This document shows, one piece after another, positions 1-17,067 of a DNA stretch of 64,000 nucleotides. The stretch is from NCBI GenBank assembly GCA_951406725.2, contig OX597843.1, positions 19,778,001-19,842,000 of the forward strand. The letters are read 5' to 3'. The first letter of the stretch is position 1; each line of letters begins with the position of its first letter. This stretch comes from Octopus vulgaris. Taxonomy: Eukaryota. Both the position numbers and the translations under genes were made by a program. Below the pieces are notes generated by a model. It was given only the letters and a program-made list of their open reading frames with translations, had not been told where the DNA came from and ran no database searches.

Positions 1-326
1 TTATAAGTTCTCCTCAAATTTGGACCTATTTTTGTTTAAGGCACGGAAAATAATCCTGATTTAACGAAAATTTGTCGGACGTCAGCGATAGGTAGCCCAT
101 TAAGTTGGAATTTCTTCGTTTTGACGGATTTTTCAGGGTCCTTTTTATTCACGGTGCCCTTGGAAATAATGTGGAGAATCTTTTTAACAAGAAGCGAAAT
201 TAAATGTCTCCCCCTCCACTCCCAATCTTCTCCCTCCGAGCCTATTTTAGTCGATTTTGTGGGCACTATGCACAATGAGTTTTGGAGGTATTACGCATTT
301 GAAAACTATAGGAAAAGCCTTTCCGG

Positions 327-363
<37 letters not shown>

Positions 364-412
364 TGTATATATATATATGTATGTATGTATATGTATATAT
401 ATATAGATATAC

Positions 413-473
<61 letters not shown>

Positions 474-1322
474 GAGTGAGCGTTAATTGACTTAATGTGA
501 AGCAGTGCCTGGATTCGGCGGCGCCCTAAGCACCACTTGAGAGTCTATCGGACGTACTCTTGCCTTTATTTGGCGATTCGCTCGAGTCGTTCACTCTGAC
601 AAAACTTCGAGTCAGCGGCGGAATACTCATTACTTAAAAGACACAAGAACACACAAACTAGTACTCGATCTGGCGTCTGTGGTGAAGACACAAATCCTTA
701 GGCTTGTACACAATGAGGTCGCGAGACAGAGCATAGGCGGCTATTGCAGCAACAGAAATCACTTAACGTATAACACGATCAAACACTTGGGATCGATCGA
801 TTCTTAGAGGCTATGGTGTATGTTCGATTTGGCGGCACAATGCGTAGCACGTAAAATGTATCGGATTTACTACGGCCATTTATCGAAACATCGATCGACT
901 CGTTCACTCTTATGCCTCGAGACATTGTACAGGGTCGATGCGGCAGCAGTAGGTTTCCCTTGGTGCATAACAGATGAACATATGCACTCACATTGGACCA
1001 AGCGCATATTCTCGAAATGACTACGGCGAAGCTTCGATTGGGAGGCACAATACACAGCATTAAAAATGTAACACTTCTCAGATATCCTGCCCGGTCGTGA
1101 CATCCAACAGTTTCCGATTGGATCAAACCTCCTGTACTACCTGAGATTCCCACCTATTTGCCTGGACTTAGTGGACATACTGAATGTATGCGGTCTCTCC
1201 CGGCCGGATCAGCAGAAGATTGAATTTAGTAACGATTTCCTCGTTCGTCTCGGCGAGGTTTGTGGCCCTCGCTATCGCTCGTACGAGAGCATCATAACTT
1301 AACAGAAAAAAACAAACTTAAA

Positions 1323-2018
1323 AGTGCGCATTTCCACTTGCAGTTCTCTGCTCAGGAGAAAGAAATGGTCCATTTGTGAAAAGAATGTTGACGTGTCATG
1401 AGAAATGGGTTATTTTTAATACCATAAAAGAAAAACGTCCTGGGGAAAACGAGATGAACCACCTTCAATTTTTCCAAAACCTAGTCTGTATCCGAAGAAG
1501 GTGATGCTCTGTATCTGGTGAGATTGGAAGGGTATTTTATATTACGAGCTACGTTCACAAAATCAGACGTTACTTTCAGACTACTATTGTTCCAGATTAG
1601 ACTGATAAAAGGAGGCAATTGATGAAAAACGTCCGGAATTGTCCAACCGAAAAGGTATCGTCTTACATCCGGACAACGCTAGACCGCACGTTTCTTTGCA
1701 GACCAGGCAGAAACTGACACAGCTTGGATGGAATGTCCAACCCTACCCACCATACTCACCTGAGCTTGCAATTTCTGATTATCATTTATTCTGATCCTTG
1801 CTGGGAAGAAGTTCAGTTCTATAAAATCTTACATCGATTCAACAGCCAGAAGGATACCAAGTTCTGGGAGGAAGGGATCATGAAGCTGCCTCAGAGATGG
1901 AGAAATGTAGTGGAGTAAAATAGAAAATATGTAGTTGAGTAAAGGTATGTACAGCTACCTGATTATTGTAAATGAATTTTACTTAAAAACGCTACGCACT
2001 ATTTTTACTAACCCAGTA
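1323..2018 (+). mobile_element. Degenerate mariner transposase 3' half with right TIR
   Basis: KVMLCIW*DWKGILYYEL, LHPDNARPH and HPPYSP-like motifs across frames; ends ...taacccagta|ta. Confidence 0.85.
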
Positions 2019-2506
2019 TATGTATATAAAGGTGCATGGGCCATTGGTTCGGTGCGTTGTATCCAAGAGAAAGACACTTTCAGTGCACTCATCTGAAAAG
2101 GAGTACCAGCAACAATCGCGGTTTAATCTTACGACAAACAGGCATCTCGTTCAGTGGGGAGACTTGTATCCTCGGATGTTTAAATACGTTGGATACCGAG
2201 ATATTGCAGCCTAACTAGTCTAACTTCAATGTAGACATTTTGGCATGTGCAGTCACGTGTTGTTGTGACATTTGTGCAGTGAAAGTAGACATGAATGTGT
2301 AAAAGACAGATGGAATATAATTGTTTGTGAAACATTCATTGCTAGAACAACGAGAGTTGAAAGACCTAATAATGTTAATTAGATAAACGATTATAAATAT
2401 TATCAGTTGGATATATCTTGCAGGTTTTCAACTTTTCAGTGGCATGTTTAAAATAAGAGATGAAATCACTGCCCCTCCAGGCCGTATTTGGACTTAGACT
2501 ACAGTA

Positions 2507-2520
2507 TTACATTATTTCAT
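2507..2520 (-). CDS. Candidate terminal coding exon of the aGPCR (adds N-E-I-M-stop)
   Basis: Strong acceptor ctgac...ttgcttttgttttttttag at 2521-2550; phase-1 continuation gives a stop after 4 codons. No homology support. Confidence 0.35.
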
Positions 2521-3346
2521 CTAAAAAAACAAAAGCAAGCAATAAGTCAGATTTAATCCTTTATTCAACAATTTTAAGGTTTACATTGTTAAAATTAAAG
2601 TGGCAATAAGAAAGAATATCAACACAGTTTCAAATCAAAACAACATTTTCTGTTTTCCTGTGTTTCAAGCAATAGGCTAAATAGAAATGTTACGACGGGT
2701 CATAGGATACAGATAGAGAGTAATAAAAAAAGCCGAAAACTAAACATTTAAGACTATATTATTGTGGATTATGCAGTCTCTCGGTTGCCTAGTGGTGAAC
2801 CGAAAGGTACAAATATAGTTTCTTAACAAGCAAATATATTGAATATTTATATTCAAAATTATATATTTATATTCCGTCGAGGTCGAATTTGCTTTCATCC
2901 TTTCGGGATGGATGAATTAGGTACCAGTTGCGTACTGGGGTCAATCTAATCGACTGGCCCCCACCCCCAACATTTCCGACCTTGTGCCTAGAGAAAAGAA
3001 TATTATATATTCATATTTAATATTCATACTTAAGAGTATATATTTATATTTAATATTAATATTTATATTTAATATTATATATTCATATTTAAGAGTATTT
3101 ATTTATATTTAATATTATACATTTATATTTAATATCATATATGGAGAAAATATTATTTTATGGCGTAAAATATTATCGAAGGCGATTTTTGAAGGCACTT
3201 TTTCAATTTTCACTTAGAAGTTTGTTTCTGCTCTTCTATCCTCGATTTCATTACCAAATCCTGGAAACACGAGAAAACGATATAAAATATTAATTTTAAA
3301 CTTGTTAATTCCTGGATTGTATACTTTATATATATATATATAAATA

Positions 3347-3377
<31 letters not shown>

Positions 3378-3573
3378 TTACATATATATATATGTATATA
3401 TATATATTTACATATATATATATATATATATAGTTACATATATATATATATATATAGTTAATATATATATTTATATATATATATATTCATGTATATATTT
3501 ATATATATATATATTCATATATATATGTATATATTTATATATATATATTTTAATTTAAAAAAAACAATTTTTT

Positions 3574-3939
3574 TTAGTTGTTTAGTCGACCAAATCGACC
3601 CCGGGATTTATACTTTGTAAGCCCAGTACTTATTCTATCGGTCTCTTTTTGCCGAACCGCTAAGTAACGGGGATGTAAACACACCAGCATCGGTTGTAAA
3701 GCAATGCTAGGAGGACAAACACAGACACAGAAACACACACACGCATATATATATACATATATATATACATATATACGACAGGCTTCTTTCAGTTTCCGTC
3801 TACCAAATCCACTCACAAGGCATTGGTCAGCCCGGGGCTATAGTAGAAGACACTTGCCCAAGATGCCACGCAGTGGGACTGAACCCGGAACCATGTGGTT
3901 GGTTAGCAAGCTACTTACCACACAGCCACTCCAGCGCCT
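3574..3939 (-). mobile_element. tRNA-derived SINE (family A)
   Basis: A box tggctgtgtggt, B box gggttcagtccc; highly similar to the copy at 41389-41830. Confidence 0.85.
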
Positions 3940-4414
3940 ATATATTTATATATATATGAGAAAAACAACTAGTTTTAGATGTTTGAGCGAGAGATATGTA
4001 ACGGTATCGAACAGTAAGGTTTACTTGTGAACAGAATGTGACAGTCCTACATAGGATGATCTTACTGTTGTTTAGCCTCAGGAAAACACTTTTTCCAGCA
4101 GGCCACCGACATACAGTTTCTGTTTGTCTAGCATAACATGAGCAACGGAGTTCATCGTCCCCATCTCTAGCCTTTATGATACCCACAGACCTATGTTTCG
4201 GGGTTGCTTCCCGTATTCGGTGTGAGATAATCACAGGTCAGTGATGGGAGCTTACTCATCTTGCTCATGCTATGTACTTTTTAAAGCGACATAATCGCTG
4301 ATCCCCTAAAGAGAAATACATCTGGTAGGCAGCAGGAAAGGATGTTTCCCTGGAGCTCAACAACAGTAACACGTTCCTGTGTAGGACTGCCACATTCTGT
4401 CGACAAATAAACTT

Positions 4415-7215
<2,801 letters not shown>

Positions 7216-7401
7216 CTAAGCAATAAAGGGTTTGGCAACGAATTGCCTTACCACATACCGAATTTAGAAATAGCAGTCAAAGAGTTATAGCTATTTCTTC
7301 TACTAAAAGGGAGATCTCAGTAAAAACAGCAATTTGAAGGCAGACACAAACAGGTAAGAGAGGATGAATTGACGGCAATCTATCATACAATTTTAAGTTA
7401 T

Positions 7402-7499
7402 CTACGGACGTACGTTTCGAAATCAAGTTTTTAGGAAAGGATAAGAACTAAATATTAAATAATTCTATCTTACCAAAACTTCTTTTCTCTTCAGCGTAG
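7402..7499 (-). ncRNA. Type I hammerhead ribozyme motif (copy 1)
   Basis: Reverse complement of the motif at 8427-8524. Confidence 0.8.
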
Positions 7500-7993
7500 A
7501 ATACTATAATCATAAATGATTATATATTGAATTTTGAGATACTAGAAGGCACCAACTCAACTCAGTATCAGAGCGAGCTAGAATCCGCAACTAGTATCAC
7601 TAAATTCAATGCTTGAATGAAAAGATTGTATCACCAGCCCCTTCCCACCCGCGTGTAGCCAAAACAAGATGCTGTGGTCATCTACTGAGATAAAATATGG
7701 TTATCCGTAATAATGAAGGGTGAAATTAATTAATTTGGAATAATTATCAATAACACCAAGTAGTCTTCGGCATGTAAAAGCCTCATTAGAGGAGAATTTA
7801 AGTAATACTAAGCAATAAAGGGTTTGGCAACGAATTGCCTTACCACATACCGAATTTAGAAATAGCAGTCAAAGAGTTATAGCTATTTCTTCTACTAAAA
7901 GGGAGATCTCAGTAAAAACAGCAATTTGAAGGCAGACACAAACAGGTAAGAGAGGATGAATTGACGGCAATCTATCATACAATTTTAAGTTAT

Positions 7994-8091
7994 CTACGGA
8001 CGTACGTTTCGAAATCAAGTTTTTAGGAAAGGATAAGAACTAAATATTAAATAATTCTATCTTACCAAAACTTCTTTTCTCTTCAGCGTAG
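7994..8091 (-). ncRNA. Type I hammerhead ribozyme motif (copy 2)
   Basis: Same motif, 592 bp from copy 1. Confidence 0.8.
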
Positions 8092-8426
8092 AATACTATA
8101 ATCATAAATGATTATATATTGAATTTTGAGATACTAGAAGGCACCAACTCAACTCAGTATCAGAGCGAGCTAGAATCCGCAACTAGTATCACTAAATTCA
8201 ATGCTTGAATGAAAAGATTGTATCACCAGCCCCTTCCCACCCGCGTGTAGCCAAAACAAGATGCTGTGGTCATCTACTGAGATAAAATATGGTTATCCGT
8301 AATAATGAAGGGTGAAATTAATTAATTTGGAATAATTATCAATAACACCAAGTAGTGATACTGAGTTGAGTTGGTGCCTTCTAGTATCTCAAAATTCAAT
8401 ATATAATCATTTATGATTATAGTATT

Positions 8427-8524
8427 CTACGCTGAAGAGAAAAGAAGTTTTGGTAAGATAGAATTATTTAATATTTAGTTCTTATCCTTTCCTAAAAACT
8501 TGATTTCGAAACGTACGTCCGTAG
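8427..8524 (+). ncRNA. Type I hammerhead ribozyme motif (copy 3)
   Basis: ctacg-CTGAAGA-[gaaa...tttc stem II]-GAAA-cgtacg-TC-cgtag: stem I ctacg/cgtag, core CUGANGA and GAAA, palindromic stem III, GUC site (predicted cut after 8519). Confidence 0.82.
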
Positions 8525-9017
8525 ATAACTTAAAATTGTATGATAGATTGCCGTCAATTCATCCTCTCTTACCTGTTTGTGTCTGCCTTCAAATTGCTGT
8601 TTTTACTGAGATCTCCTTTTAGTAGAAGAAATAGCTATAACTCTTTGACTGCTATTTCTAAATTCGGTATGTGGTAGGGCAATTCGTTGCCAAACCCTTT
8701 ATTGCTTAGTATTACTTAAATTCTCCTCTAATGAGGCTTTTACATGCCGAAGACTACTTGGTGTTATTGATAATTATTCCAAATTAATTAATTTCACCCT
8801 TCATTATTACGGATAACCATATTTTATCTCAGTAGATGACCACAGCATCTTGTTTTGGCTACACGCGGGTGGGAAGGGGCTGGTGATACAATCTTTTCAT
8901 TCAAGCATTGAATTTAGTGATACTAGTTGCGGATTCTAGCTCGCTCTGATACTGAGTTGAGTTGGTGCCTTCTAGTATCTCAAAATTCAATATATAATCA
9001 TTTATGATTATAGTATT

Positions 9018-9115
9018 CTACGCTGAAGAGAAAAGAAGTTTTGGTAAGATAGAATTATTTAATATTTAGTTCTTATCCTTTCCTAAAAACTTGATTTCGA
9101 AACGTACGTCCGTAG
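9018..9115 (+). ncRNA. Type I hammerhead ribozyme motif (copy 4)
   Basis: Same motif, +591 bp. Confidence 0.82.
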
Positions 9116-9608
9116 ATAACTTAAAATTGTATGATAGATTGCCGTCAATTCATCCTCTCTTACCTGTTTGTGTCTGCCTTCAAATTGCTGTTTTTACTGA
9201 GATCTCCTTTTAGTAGAAGAAATAGCTATAACTCTTTGACTGCTATTTCTAAATTCGGTATGTGGTAAGGCAATTCGTTGCCAAACCCTTTATTGCTTAG
9301 TATTACTTAAATTCTCCTCTAATGAGGCTTTTACATGCCGAAGACTACTTGGTGTTATTGATAATTATTCCAAATTAATTAATTTCACCCTTCATTATTA
9401 CGGATAACCATATTTTATCTCAGTAGATGACCACAGCATCTTGTTTTGGCTACACGCGGGTGGGAAGGGGCTGGTGATACAATCTTTTCATTCAAGCATT
9501 GAATTTAGTGATACTAGTTGCGGATTCTAGCTCGCTCTGATACTGAGTTGAGTTGGTGCCTTCTAGTATCTCAAAATTCAATATATAATCATTTATGATT
9601 ATAGTATT

Positions 9609-9706
9609 CTACGCTGAAGAGAAAAGAAGTTTTGGTAAGATAGAATTATTTAATATTTAGTTCTTATCCTTTCCTAAAAACTTGATTTCGAAACGTACGT
9701 CCGTAG
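9609..9706 (+). ncRNA. Type I hammerhead ribozyme motif (copy 5)
   Basis: Same motif, +591 bp. Confidence 0.82.
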
Positions 9707-10199
9707 ATAACTTAAAATTGTATGATAGATTGCCGTCAATTCATCCTCTCTTACCTGTTTGTGTCTGCCTTCAAATTGCTGTTTTTACTGAGATCTCCCT
9801 TTAGTAGAAGAAATAGCTATAACTCTTTGACTGCTATTTCTAAATTCGGTATGTGGTAAGGCAATTCGTTGCCAAACCCTTTATTGCTTAGTATTACTTA
9901 AATTCTCCTCTAATGAGGCTTTTACATGCCGAAGACTACTTGGTGTTATTGATAATTATTCCAAATTAATTAATTTCACCCTTCATTATTACGGATAACC
10001 ATATTTTATCTCAGTAGATGACCACAGCATCTTGTTTTGGCTACACGCGGGTGGGAAGGGGCTGGTGATACAATCTTTTCATTCAAGCATTGAATTTAGT
10101 GATACTAGTTGCGGATTCTAGCTCGCTCTGATACTGAGTTGAGTTGGTGCCTTCTAGTATCTCAAAATTCAATATATAATCATTTATGATTATAGTATT

Positions 10200-10297
10200 C
10201 TACGCTGAAGAGAAAAGAAGTTTTGGTAAGATAGAATTATTTAATATTTAGTTCTTATCCTTTCCTAAAAACTTGATTTCGAAACGTACGTCCGTAG
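10200..10297 (+). ncRNA. Type I hammerhead ribozyme motif (copy 6)
   Basis: Same motif, +591 bp. Confidence 0.82.
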
Positions 10298-10586
10298 ATA
10301 ACTTAAAATTGTATGATAGATTGCCGTCAATTCATCCTCTCTTACCTGTTTGTGTCTGCCTTCAAATTGCTGTTTTTACTGAGATCTCCCTTTTAGTAGA
10401 AGAAATAGCTATAACTCTTTGACTGCTATTTCTAAATTCGGTATGTGGTAAGGCAATTCGTTGCCAAACCCTTTATTGCTTAGTATTACTTAAATTCTCC
10501 TCTAATGAGGCTTTTACATGCCGAAGACTACTTGGTGTTATTGATAATTATTCCAAATTAATTAATTTCACCCTTCATTATTACGG

Positions 10587-12280
<1,694 letters not shown>

Positions 12281-12482
12281 TATTTCAATTTGAAAACTCC
12301 ACCAGAATAGACAAAAGCGCTAATATATGATGTATATTATGTATATTATGTATATTAAGTTATATGATGTATAAAAACATGTAATATACAAATAAATATC
12401 TGTAAATAAAAATCCATCCGAATTTCTGAGTACCTCATTTCTTCTAATATAAAGTACCTGTACATCATCTCCAAACGTTCTA

Positions 12483-12530
<48 letters not shown>

Positions 12531-12849
12531 GATAAACGTCGCCCTTTTCAAGCCTAGCCAGGCTCATGGGTCCGGTTTCCCGGTTTCTGTGGCGTATGTG
12601 TTCCCCCCATCTGGACGACGTCGACAACGAAGACGACACCGACGACGATGATGAAGGTAGTGATTATGATGATTATGATGACGACGATGATTGCGACGAC
12701 AACAGCAGTGTTGATATTTTGATGATGTCTATCCTAAAAGTGACTGCGTTGTTAGAAATGGTGTTTGTGATTATCACTATCACGACAATATTGGCGATGG
12801 TTCTCACGGTGCAATGAATAAAAAAGAAACCAACTCAAATCGCACTTAC

Positions 12850-13238
12850 TTCTGCCGGCGACAACTCTCCTGGGATTTGCTCTCTTTCGTTTATTCACGG
12901 ACTCTATGATGACATCGCGTGTATCTTTCTTGTACACACAATAAAATAGGAAGATAAACATTCCTTGAAGGGTATTGAATATAGAAAAAAGATACTCAAA
13001 CACTTTTGTCGCTTCCCTAACAGCGAAGAATGCAAAGACCCATGTGAATCCAAGCAAAATCATCAAACCAACCAGGCCCAAAACACGCACTTTTCTTCTT
13101 TTGTGTTCAAATCTTTTGTTTCTTTGCGTTGATATGAGACGTTTTATCACACGAGAGAACATGATAAAGTTGAAGATGAGGACCATCACAACGGGAGTCA
13201 GGAAAGCAGCAAAGAAAGAAGGTATGTTTAACCAACAG
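12850..13238 (-). CDS. aGPCR exon, ECL2-TM5-TM6-TM7-tail
   Basis: CWLNIPSFFAAFLTPVVMVLIFNFIMF...LLGFTWVFAFF...YLFSIFNTLQGMFIFLFYCV; phase 2-1; |gtaagt. Confidence 0.95.
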
Positions 13239-13387
13239 CTACAAAGAAAACAGAAAGCAATGAAGAAAAGAAATTCATCAGATGTTCAGCCAATAAAATG
13301 AAGTATCAGACAAGGATTTATGTGGAGTGATTTCGATCCAAAACGAAACGAAAAAATGTCTCATACTTGCGACAAATTATGTACTCT

Positions 13388-13577
13388 CTTTAATCTTTTA
13401 CTTGTTTCAGTCATTTGACTGCGGCCATGCTGGAGCACCGCCTTTAATCAAGCAACTCGACACCATCACTTATTCTTTGTAAGCCTAGTACTTATTCTAG
13501 CGGTCTCTTTGCCGAACCGCTAAGTGACGGGGACATAAACACACCAGCATCGTCGGTGGGGGGCAAACACAGACATA

Positions 13578-13645
<68 letters not shown>

Positions 13646-13896
13646 AAGCCTTGTGAGTGGATTTGGTAGACAGAAACTGAAAGAAGCCCGTCGTATATAT
13701 GTATATATATATTTAGATATATACATATATGCGACAGGCTTCCTTCAGTTTCTGTTTACCAAATTCACTCACAAGGCATTAGTCGGCCCGAGGCTATAGT
13801 AGAAGACAGTAGCCGAAGGTACCACGCAGTGGGACTGAACCCGGAACCATGTGGTTGGCAAACAAGCTACTAACCACACAGCCACTCCTGCGCCTA
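13388..13896 (-). mobile_element. SINE family A with small internal inverted duplication
   Basis: Minus-strand copy with a plus-strand piece at about 13646-13695. Confidence 0.8.
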
Positions 13897-14803
13897 CGTT
13901 AATGAGTAAAATATTTTTATTGGGCCTTTCGATGTCCAGACACTCAGAAATACACACGCACACACACGCACACACACACACATACACACACACGCACACA
14001 CAGGTTGACAAAAGATTAGAGGTCTATACATAGGAAATTTGTATATATATAAGATATGGAGATGAGAATAGCACAGAAGTGAGTCTATGTCATTTCAATT
14101 TAAGAGGGAATTTAATAAAAATGATTTTTAACAAATTATATAAAGAAAATATGCATTTCTGTTATAAGCACAAGGCCTGAAATTTCGGGGGTGATCGACT
14201 CCAGTATGTAACTGGTACTTAATGTATCGGCACCGAAATGATGAAATGCAAAGTCGATCTCGGGGGAATTTGAACTCAGAACGTAGCGGCAGTTCCGGTC
14301 ATTTCAATATGTGACTGCGTGTGTATTGTTGGTGATTTTCTTTCTCCGTCTTTCCTTCTTTGGACTTTTTCTGTATTTCTGATGAAGAGCTCCGCTCGAA
14401 ACGTGAAATTCTCTTTCTTTTCTTTCCTTTCCTGAGTATCCAATAACAGTACTTGTTCCACGTCCTCGCGTTGTTGTTTTTTCTTGCTTGTTCATGTTTG
14501 GATTGATTATATATATATATATATGTTTTGTTTATATTTTTGTATGTTGCTTTCATCAGTAGATATTTGGTCTTATTAAATTGAAGAGAGGAGAAACACA
14601 AATGAAATCATTGATATTCATGAGTCTTAGAACAAATGCATTAACAATGATATTGAAGTAGGTTTACTACCAGCAATCAAAGTCGTGGCTTGATGCTAGC
14701 TGACCTAGTATTCTACAATACTAAAGGGGTAATATATATCTAGCAATAATATTAGTTGTGAAGAGCAGAGAAAATGAGGTGAACGAAAAAGAGAAATACT
14801 TAC

Positions 14804-14876
14804 ACCTCTGCGATTTTGATGTAATTGTTTGTGGAGTTAATTGCCAGGGTAATTATAACGATGACTGCTGGAATAC
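14804..14876 (-). CDS. aGPCR exon, TM4-ECL2
   Basis: (G)IPAVIVIITLAINSTNNYIKIAE(V); phase 1-2; |gtaagt. Confidence 0.9.
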
Positions 14877-16958
14877 CTGATAACGACATTTACAGAAATG
14901 AATATAAATCTCTAGATATTAATTAATATTTAAAATCATTATTATATGACATTTGAATGGATTTTGTTGACAATGTTTTTGTTCAGAAAAACTGTCGAGT
15001 TCAAAAGAAATGAATATTTTATTCCGTATCACACACTTGCCACTTCATGCCATATTCTCCTTTGGTTTCTTGGAAATAGGTACCAGTAATATGCAATATG
15101 GATTCTTTCAACAATATGTTTCAATGGGAACCAAAAAGTAATAAAATGTAAAAACGATTTGGACAAACTTATGAAGATTAAATGGCCTGGTCGGGTAGTA
15201 AAGATTCACTGTCACCAACTTCACATATTACTTCGCATGTCCGGTGAAAGTGCAGAATGGATAACTCTTAGATTTCTGTCAAGAGACGAGATCAGACTGT
15301 AACTATTTGCATGAAAATTCAAATAACTTTAGCCTACCCAACAAGCTAGAACAAGGAGGGTGTGCTTTTGTTCTCTATAGTTTACAGTTCATCACGGATG
15401 TATAAATATTATATTTCATTCATCTTTGTATCCACGCCTTCGCATCCCTTTTCAACTACTTCCAACATCTTGCCAGTTTACCAATCTATTCGATCCCAAA
15501 TAATACATGTACTTCATCTGTCTTTATTCTTGATTGAACTACCATGTTGATTAAGTAAAAATTAATATCTTTTTTCCACAACTCATTCATTGAGGTATTT
15601 AGGCAATTGACATTTTCCTTGTTCCAAGTTACCTTAAAACAAGTGTCCTTTTTGTGTCACTCTCTAAAAGATGACATATTTTGAATTTTCTGCGTTCATG
15701 ACCAGATTGCAAACATTATTAAGAGGGAACTCCTACATGGTCTATTGATCTGCTAAGAAATAAAAGCCTAATATTTGAGGAACAATAATTTACAGTATTT
15801 TAGGAAATTAATAACATATTGGATTATGTCACCTATGATAATGTATGTCTAAACAGAGGGAATGGTCACGTCAAGAACGTCATTGCTCATGAATCAGTAG
15901 AGTTAATCTGAGGTCAAATAGCGACATCAACAATAAGGTATTTTGCACTGGTTCCGTCTAAATATAATATTGGACCCACAACCTTGGGTCTTATTTAAAT
16001 TCTTCGCCAAATCAAGATGAACAATCTACATGCAACTCTCATCAAATTACACAAGTAAAACGACCGAGTGAAGATGTTTGATTATTTGTTGTTAGCTTCT
16101 GTGTCATCTCTTTTCCTCACCGAAATGAAAATATAAGCTAAGAATGTTTCACATGAGATGTGAGTCCACCAGACCTCTCAGTCCATGTTTCCATTGGTTC
16201 CTCTGCAGTTTAGCTTAAAATCTCACCCATTTTCAATGTACGATATATAGTAATCCACCATAACCTGGGTATTTACCGACGCTACACAATAATACTACAA
16301 AATTGAAACTGTCAAAAGAGGTTTAAATTTCTGTACTTTGTTCAGCGTGTTAGAAAGACTAGCTAAATTTCTTTAAGTACCATTCTTCAGTCTTTCTAAA
16401 TGGAAGAATAAATTGAATAGTGTAGTGTTTGATGTATTGACAAGATAATCATCGACAGAACGTTTTTAACCATAGGTCTGCTTAATCAGTTCTGAAGTAG
16501 CACCAAACTACAACAGTAAGGTAGGGATGTTTTCACTCAGAGTTCAATGTGGCTGGATTTTACTGTGATACAGATCTGTAAACTAAACCGAGGCTATTTA
16601 AAGCAACGAGATTTTAATTACTAGCTTCAAAAGTGCTCCTAAATATTGTAAGATTGATAATGATGTAGAGGATTCAGGACATACAGCACTCTCCTAGATG
16701 TGATTGTGAATGATCTCTGTAAAGTTAGAACAAAATAATACGGAAATATAAACGGAACCCCTACTGGATAACATCCACTTAAAGAAATATGGTTAACAGT
16801 GTTTTGTATCCAGAGTTCAATAACTGTCTAGGCTTACTTTCCCCTTCAACATTTTTGGCGCAATGAAATGAATAAGATCCAGATATACTGGTTTTGAATC
16901 ATTCAAGTGAACCTTTTCCCATCGAGTAATTTCAAACACAAAAAACGAAATAAGGAGA

Positions 16959-16992
<34 letters not shown>

Positions 16993-17067
16993 GAAGGAGA
17001 GAGAAAAGAAATTATATTTGCGTAAGATATAAAGTTTGAGACAAAACCAGAAAGCCATTATACATAC

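Larger units (their letters stand above)
7213..10587. repeat. Tandem plus inverted array of a 591-592 bp non-coding unit (retrozyme / Penelope pseudo-LTR-like)
   Basis: About 1.9 units in one orientation (7213-8355, period 592) then about 3.8 units inverted (8356-10587, period 591); near-identical copies; both ends abut (TA)n. Confidence 0.93.

Noticed and set aside
472-1310. GC-richer segment with short ORFs and a weak internal repeat (about 822-850 versus 1031-1059)
   Set aside because: Probably a decayed repeat; no motif I can identify with confidence.
7213-10587. Array as CRISPR or rDNA
   Set aside because: No unique spacers, unit is 591 bp, and no rRNA-like sequence was recognised.
12566-12817. 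Asp-rich ORF with hydrophobic tail
   Set aside because: Degenerate (GAT/GAC)n repeat antisense to the gene; no splice or homology support.
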